This document shows, piece by piece, positions 59,701-64,000 of a stretch of 64,000 nucleotides of DNA (its first letter is position 1; the number at the start of each line of letters is the position of its first letter). Both the position numbers and the translations under genes were made by a program. The stretch comes from Dehalococcoidia bacterium (GTDB lineage: Bacteria; Chloroflexota; Dehalococcoidia; SHYD01): assembly GCA_965220215.1 (NCBI GenBank), contig OZ244809.1, positions 759,702 to 823,701 on the forward strand. Direction: 5' to 3'. The notes under the pieces are model-generated. The model saw only the letters and a list, made by a program, of their open reading frames with translations. It had not been told where the DNA came from and did not search any database.

Positions 59701-62700
59701 ACCTCACGGCTGCGGCGTTCCGGGACCTCGAGATCGAGCTCGTGTCGCCATCGGGCAAGGTCTCCGTGCTATCCCCGCACCACCTCGTTGGCCCAGGGGA
59801 GTGCAGGTCGTTGTTTGGCATCCTCCCGGGCAAGTGCAACCTGGACGGCTCCGTGCGCTTCGGTTCCGCCAAGCACCTTGGCGAGGATCCCGCCGGCGTC
59901 TGGACGCTGCGCATCACGGACCACGTGAACGGCGGGGCGGCCGCCCGGCTCAACTCGTGGCGCCTCACGGTCTACGGGCACCGGGAAAGCCCCGCCGCCC
60001 CCGCCATTGATTCGGTCTCCGCCGGCAGCGAGGCGCTCGCAGTCACCTGGAACGCCCCGACCAATACGGGCACGTCCGTCATCACCGCCTACGACCTGCG
60101 CTACATCCTGACCAGCGCCGACGAGACGATGGACGACAACTGGACCATCGTGCAGGACATCTGGACCACAGGCTCCGGCGATCTCTCGTACGTCGTTACC
60201 GGCCTGACCGGGGACGCCGAGTACGACGTGCAGGTGCGCGGGGTGAACGACGGCGGCGACGGCCTGTGGTCTGACACCGCCACGGGCACACCCACGACGG
60301 ACGAGGCGCCGACCATCGACTCAGTCAGCCCCGGCGACCGCTTCATCGTCATCGCGTGGACCGCGCCCACCAACGCCAGCCTGGGGACGGTCACCGCCTA
60401 CGACCTGCGCTACATCGGTAGTGACGCTGCGGATAAGGCCGACAGCAACTGGACCGTGGTCTCGGCGATCTGGACCTCCGGCTCGCTCGAATACACGCTC
60501 AACCCGACGACCACCCCGCTGGTGAATGGGGTCTCCTACGACGTGCAGGTGCGGGCGGTCGTGGGGAGCGTCCAACACCCCTGGTCGGGCGTCCGCGCCG
60601 CCACACCGCGCACCATCCCGGGCGCACCGGCCATCGACTCAGTGTCACCGGGTGACGGCTCGCTCACCGTCGCGTGGAGCGCGCCCGCGAGTGATGGCGG
60701 GGCCGACATCACCGCCTACGACGTGCGCCACATCCGCAGCGACGCCACCGACAAGTCCGATGACCAGTGGACGGTCGTGGACGACGCCTGGACCTCCGCT
60801 AGCGGCGCGCTCGAGTACACGGTGAGCGGACTGACGACGGACGTGCAGTACGACGTGCAGGTGCGCGCGGTGAACGCCGCAGGCGACGGCCTCTGGTCGG
60901 CGACCGAGACCGGCACGCCGCGGACCCCGCCCGAGGTGCCCGAGGCGGTGCAGGTCTACATCTATGTGACGGGCAAGCTGGAGGTGCGCTGGTCGGCGGC
61001 GGAATCCGCGTTGACCACGGGCTTCAAGGTGCAGTGGCGTTCGGGCACGGAGGAGTGGGACGCGTCGCGCTCCGACGAGGTCGACCCGACGACCGCCCAC
61101 GTGGAGTGGTCGTCGACGCCGGACAGCCGCCGCTACCGGCATCCGCTGGACGGGCTCCGGAATGGCACCGAGTACGAGGTGCGAGTGCTTGCGTCCAATG
61201 CCGGCGTGGACGGAAACCCGTCTGCTGTGGCTACCGGGACCCCGCAGTCCGACTCCACCCACGACCAGGCGGCGAATTTCATCGAGAACGAACTGATCAG
61301 CGTCCATGAGGACGCCAGTCCCTGGCTGCGGGTCGCGTTCGACTGGATCGACGCCGCCAACACGGACGGCGACCCATACGGCCAGAGATCCGGAATCGAG
61401 TTCGAACTCGGCGAAGAGTTTTGGGGGCGAGTCGTTCATTCGTGCTTCAACAGCGCCGGAGTGAAATTGGACGCTGCGTACTGGGACAGGTGGGCGCGGT
61501 ACTGCCACATCACCTGGCTGTATATCGAATGGGACTTCGTGGACGTGATCCCGCTCATCACCCACGAGCTGGCCCACGTCCTCACCCTGACCAACCGCCT
61601 GGAAGGCGCCCCCGAGGTGCCCATGGCAATCGCCAGGCTCCACATCGCACGGACGAACATAGGCTGCGAAAGCTGGCTCCCGGCCCGGGAACTCCTGGCC
61701 GACCTGCTCATGGTCGCCACCCTCGGCGAGGGCGCATACAACCGAGCCGGCTACCTCGCCGGCAACTACTGCCAGGGGGACGGCTGGAGACCGGCGCTGG
61801 AAGTAGTCCGCACGGCGCTGGCGGGCGAGATGCCGTCGTGGCTCGACGAAACCTATGGCGACGAGGACGGCGACCTCGATCTGGAACTCCTCTGGAGCCA
61901 CATAAAAGCGGAGGCCGACACCAGCCCGGTGATGAGGGACCTGATGCGCAGCGCGTTCGGCGGCCTCTGCAGATCCGACGCGCTGTGGAACAATGCGATA
62001 CGCATTCCGTGGCGCGACGGTGGCTGTGTGCCGATGGCGCCCCCGGGCCTGGAGGCTGTCGCCGCCGTAGACGGCGTCATGGCGGTGTCCTGGCAGTCGC
62101 CCGACGACGACGGCGGTTCACGGATCACCGGCTACACGGTGCAGTGGAAGTCCGGCGCGCAGGAGTACGACACCTCCCGCGAGGCGTCGGTGACCAATCT
62201 CGGGGATCTGTCGCACACCATAGAGGGCCTGTCCCACGGCGTCGACTACACGATCCGGATCCTGGCCTACAACATCAACGGGGACGGCGCTGCTTCCGAG
62301 GTGACCGAGACCGCGGTGGGATCCGAAGCCGCCCTCGGAACCCTGACCCTGGCCGGGGTCACGTTCTACCCCACCTTCAGCAGCACCACCAGCTCGTATG
62401 CGGCAGCGACGGGCCACGCCGCCACGCAGATCACCATCGCCGCCACGGCGGCCGAAACCAACGCCAGCGTCGCCTTCCTGGACGCCGACGGCAACACCCT
62501 CACGGACGCCAACGCGGCCGACGACTTCCAGGTCAACCTGTCCGTGGGCGCCAACGTCATCCAGGTCCGGGTGACGGCGCAGGACGGCGTCACCGCGACC
62601 TACACCGTGACGGTCACGCGGGCGGAGGAGAACACCTCGCTGAGCCCGCCGACGAGCGATCCCGTCCCCGCGTCCCCCTCGTCCGCCCTCTACACCATCA

Positions 62701-64000
62701 CCTTCCAGGGCAGCTGGACCACCGATGTCACGCCGGGTGGCCTACCGAGCGGGGCGCACTTCTCACCCCTTATCGGAGGCGTCCACGGGGCCGATGTGAC
62801 CTTCCTCGAAAGCGGCGGGACGGCCAGCACCGGGGTCGAGTCGATGGCGGAAATCGGGGGAACCTCGGCCCTCCGTGGCGAGGTCCGCGCCGCCGTCAAC
62901 GCCACCCCGCCGACCGCGCTGAGCGTGCTGAGGCGCTCCGGCAACATCGGCGCGACGGGATCCGACACCCTGAGCAACGTCATGCTCACCACCGAGTTCC
63001 CCAGGGTCACCCTGACGACGATGATCGCGCCCAGCCACGACTGGTTCGTCGGCGTCTCCGGGTTGCCCCTGCTCAACGCGCAGGGGGACTGGCTGCCGTG
63101 GGTCCGCGTCTTCCTGTATCCGTGGGATGCCGGCACCGAGGAGGGCAATGACTTCTCGCTCAGCCCCAGTGTCGACACCAGCCCGCGAGGCGTCATCCAT
63201 AGTATCCGCGGGACGGGCAAGTTCTCGGCCAAGAGGATTGCGAATCTCACGTTCACGCTCACTTCGATCTCGCCGTCCTTCCCCGCGACGGAGAGCGGCG
63301 AGCGCAGCGTGGCCGAGAACACCGGCAGCGGCGAGGACATCGGCGACGCCTTCCAGGCGACCGATCCCGACACCGGCGACTCGGTGAACTACTCGCTGGG
63401 TGGCCCCGACGCCGCGTCGTTCGCCATCGTTGCCTCGTCGGGCCAGTTGCGCACGAAGGCCGCCCTCGACTACGAGGCCAAGCCCGAGTACTCCGTCACC
63501 GTCACCGCCGCGGACGCATCTAGCCTCACGGCGGAGATCGAGGTGACGATCACCGTCACGAACGTCGATGAGGAGGGAACCGTCAGCCTCTTCCCCGCGC
63601 AACCCCGGGTGGGAACGGTGCTGCGGGCGACCCTGAGCGACCCCGACGGCGACCTGCGGTCGGTGAACTGGCGGTGGGAGCGGTCCTCGGATCAGACCAA
63701 CTGGACCAGCCGGTCCGGTAGCGACGCGAGCTACACCCCCACGAGCGGCGACGCGGGGATGTACCTCCGCGCCAGCGCCAGCTACACGGACGGGGAAGGC
63801 GCCGGCAAGAGCGCCGAGGCCGCATCGGACCACACTGTGGGCGCGCGGGAGGCGGCGCCCGATATCACCATCGTAGAACTGGTGAGCGGGCTGAGCATCC
63901 CCTGGGACCTCGCCTTCACGCCCGACGGGACGATGCTGTTCACCCAGCGGTCGGGCGTGCTGAGCGCCCGCCTGCCCGACGGCACGGTGCAGACCGTCAC
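56799..64000 (+). CDS. Giant secreted multidomain protein (>2400 aa, runs off the window): SP, FN3x2, PPCx3, S8 protease, P-domain, FN3x4, HExxH domain, FN3, cadherin-like, Spondin_N, cadherin, Ig-like, start of a GSDH-like propeller
   Basis: MKWLPLIAICVVLCLIVG signal peptide; LVDNG, THGTG and GGTSA triad; THELAHV; FQGSW...HFSPLIG...APSHDWFVG...WDAGTE; LDYE; PWDLAFTPDG. All checked in one frame, and the ORF track lists no stop-terminated ORF in that frame. Confidence 0.88.
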   Translation, partial: MKWLPLIAICVVLCLIVGPGSIHADSHIAPTIDSVTPGDSRLTIGWTAPTGVTGITAYDLRYIETNADETVDDNWTKVEDIWTGSGDLEYRLGGLDNGVGYDVQMRTVTTTDSAWSGTSTGTPQILAPTITSVVAGDGALTVVWMAPAVAATTAIDAYDLRYIETSADETVEGNWTVHDEAWTSGPLHYVLAGLTNGTGYDVQVRAAAATDGAWSATATGTPAEHGGTTATATTLPLTTRMGGMIASETDVDVFKIDLTAATGIIISTRGDLDTVGQLLDGDGMLIRENDQGDELQGRHNFLLWGSLQAGTYYVKVTGGDGATGAYVLGTTTVADSTARSDAQDIEVGGFARGIIDTEWTDSDWFRITLTGHTILLVHTTGPAHTSGDLWLSGTGRPPNVERFPLGGNRFFVRANLSPGTYYVEVDGYLDATGAYTLHVNRAAEPGSSTGTAEPLVPLFPKAGTISPADDVDYFRIELAEATHVVLGASGSAVPIAGELLDADGNPVDANIAEARWTPSAPAGFLLRDRLGAGTYYLKVTRRPGSPGPATGRYALRMYEDYIYGAFIDGCTALTASLDDPLSDPLSGCQWHLENTGQLGGTPGEDINVREVWAAGHLGEGATVALVDNGFDVGHPDLAPNVIADRNYGYGGAAVYNPGNTHGTGAAGLIAARDNDIGVRGIAPRAQIYVYNIIDAYNHAYAADAMTRGMETTAISNNSWSVTEGPGYAAAPSGWERAVVRGVTEGYGGKGVLYVRSGGNDAVLGANANLSGFRNHYTATAACAVTDHGVRSHYSEQGANLWVCAPSGASYLPAAITTTLNDGRYRNTYGGTSATAAIVSGVAALLRGAYSDLTWRDVKLILAGSARKNDPSNAGWEEGALQYGSATQRYTFNHEYGFGVVDAKAAMDLAAGWTSLPPLPPLTEESQASGDVDLAVPDLPSPGTPTSVTASITMGAQVQSTEFVEIHLNLTAAAFRDLEIELVSPSGKVSVLSPHHLVGPGECRSLFGILPGKCNLDGSVRFGSAKHLGEDPAGVWTLRITDHVNGGAAARLNSWRLTVYGHRESPAAPAIDSVSAGSEALAVTWNAPTNTGTSVITAYDLRYILTSADETMDDNWTIVQDIWTTGSGDLSYVVTGLTGDAEYDVQVRGVNDGGDGLWSDTATGTPTTDEAPTIDSVSPGDRFIVIAWTAPTNASLGTVTAYDLRYIGSDAADKADSNWTVVSAIWTSGSLEYTLNPTTTPLVNGVSYDVQVRAVVGSVQHPWSGVRAATPRTIPGAPAIDSVSPGDGSLTVAWSAPASDGGADITAYDVRHIRSDATDKSDDQWTVVDDAWTSASGALEYTVSGLTTDVQYDVQVRAVNAAGDGLWSATETGTPRTPPEVPEAVQVYIYVTGKLEVRWSAAESALTTGFKVQWRSGTEEWDASRSDEVDPTTAHVEWSSTPDSRRYRHPLDGLRNGTEYEVRVLASNAGVDGNPSAVATGTPQSDSTHDQAANFIENELISVHEDASPWLRVAFDWIDAANTDGDPYGQRSGIEFELGEEFWGRVVHSCFNSAGVKLDAAYWDRWARYCHITWLYIEWDFVDVIPLITHELAHVLTLTNRLEGAPEVPMAIARLHIARTNIGCESWLPARELLADLLMVATLGEGAYNRAGYLAGNYCQGDGWRPALEVVRTALAGEMPSWLDETYGDEDGDLDLELLWSHIKAEADTSPVMRDLMRSAFGGLCRSDALWNNAIRIPWRDGGCVPMAPPGLEAVAAVDGVMAVSWQSPDDDGGSRITGYTVQWKSGAQEYDTSREASVTNLGDLSHTIEGLSHGVDYTIRILAYNINGDGAASEVTETAVGSEAALGTLTLAGVTFYPTFSSTTSSYAAATGHAATQITIAATAAETNASVAFLDADGNTLTDANAADDFQVNLSVGANVIQVRVTAQDGVTATYTVTVTRAEENTSLSPPTSDPVPASPSSALYTITFQGSWTTDVTPGGLPSGAHFSPLIGGVHGADVTFLESGGTASTGVESMAEIGGTSALRGEVRAAVNATPPTALSVLRRSGNIGATGSDTLSNVMLTTEFPRVTLTTMIAPSHDWFVGVSGLPLLNAQGDWLPWVRVFLYPWDAGTEEGNDFSLSPSVDTSPRGVIHSIRGTGKFSAKRIANLTFTLTSISPSFPATESGERSVAENTGSGEDIGDAFQATDPDTGDSVNYSLGGPDAASFAIVASSGQLRTKAALDYEAKPEYSVTVTAADASSLTAEIEVTITVTNVDEEGTVSLFPAQPRVGTVLRATLSDPDGDLRSVNWRWERSSDQTNWTSRSGSDASYTPTSGDAGMYLRASASYTDGEGAGKSAEAASDHTVGAREAAPDITIVELVSGLSIPWDLAFTPDGTMLFTQRSGVLSARLPDGTVQTV

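Overview
High-GC bacterial chromosome segment. Gene content and repeat style suggest Chloroflexota, possibly Dehalococcoidia-like (inference, not tested). Bases 1-42.9 kb are mostly housekeeping: pgk, a GGPP synthase and tsaC on the minus strand; a near-complete dcw cluster (mraZ to ftsZ, no murE); an MFS transporter; nrdR-orf-nrdJ; a radical SAM gene with yggS-proC-yggT and yggU; tsaD; lysA-holB-HAD; pyrD; and a SufR-like regulator with mrp. Several repeats interrupt this region. Two tandem arrays of a ~139-bp triple-hairpin unit each run into the start of a degenerate PD-(D/E)XK-like gene, and the first is followed by a TIR/Zn-ribbon gene. Three RAYT/REP remnants are also present. Bases 43-64 kb are accessory: an hsdR pseudogene and two divergent giant secreted FN3-rich proteins. 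One has 2128 aa; the other exceeds 2400 aa, carries S8 protease, HExxH, Spondin_N and GSDH-like domains, and is absent from the ORF track because it runs off the window. Between them lies a response-regulator-fragment/MMPL cassette enclosed by ~360-380-bp inverted repeats. No rRNA, tRNA or CRISPR array was recognised. Domain calls come from motif recognition by eye; no database searches were run.
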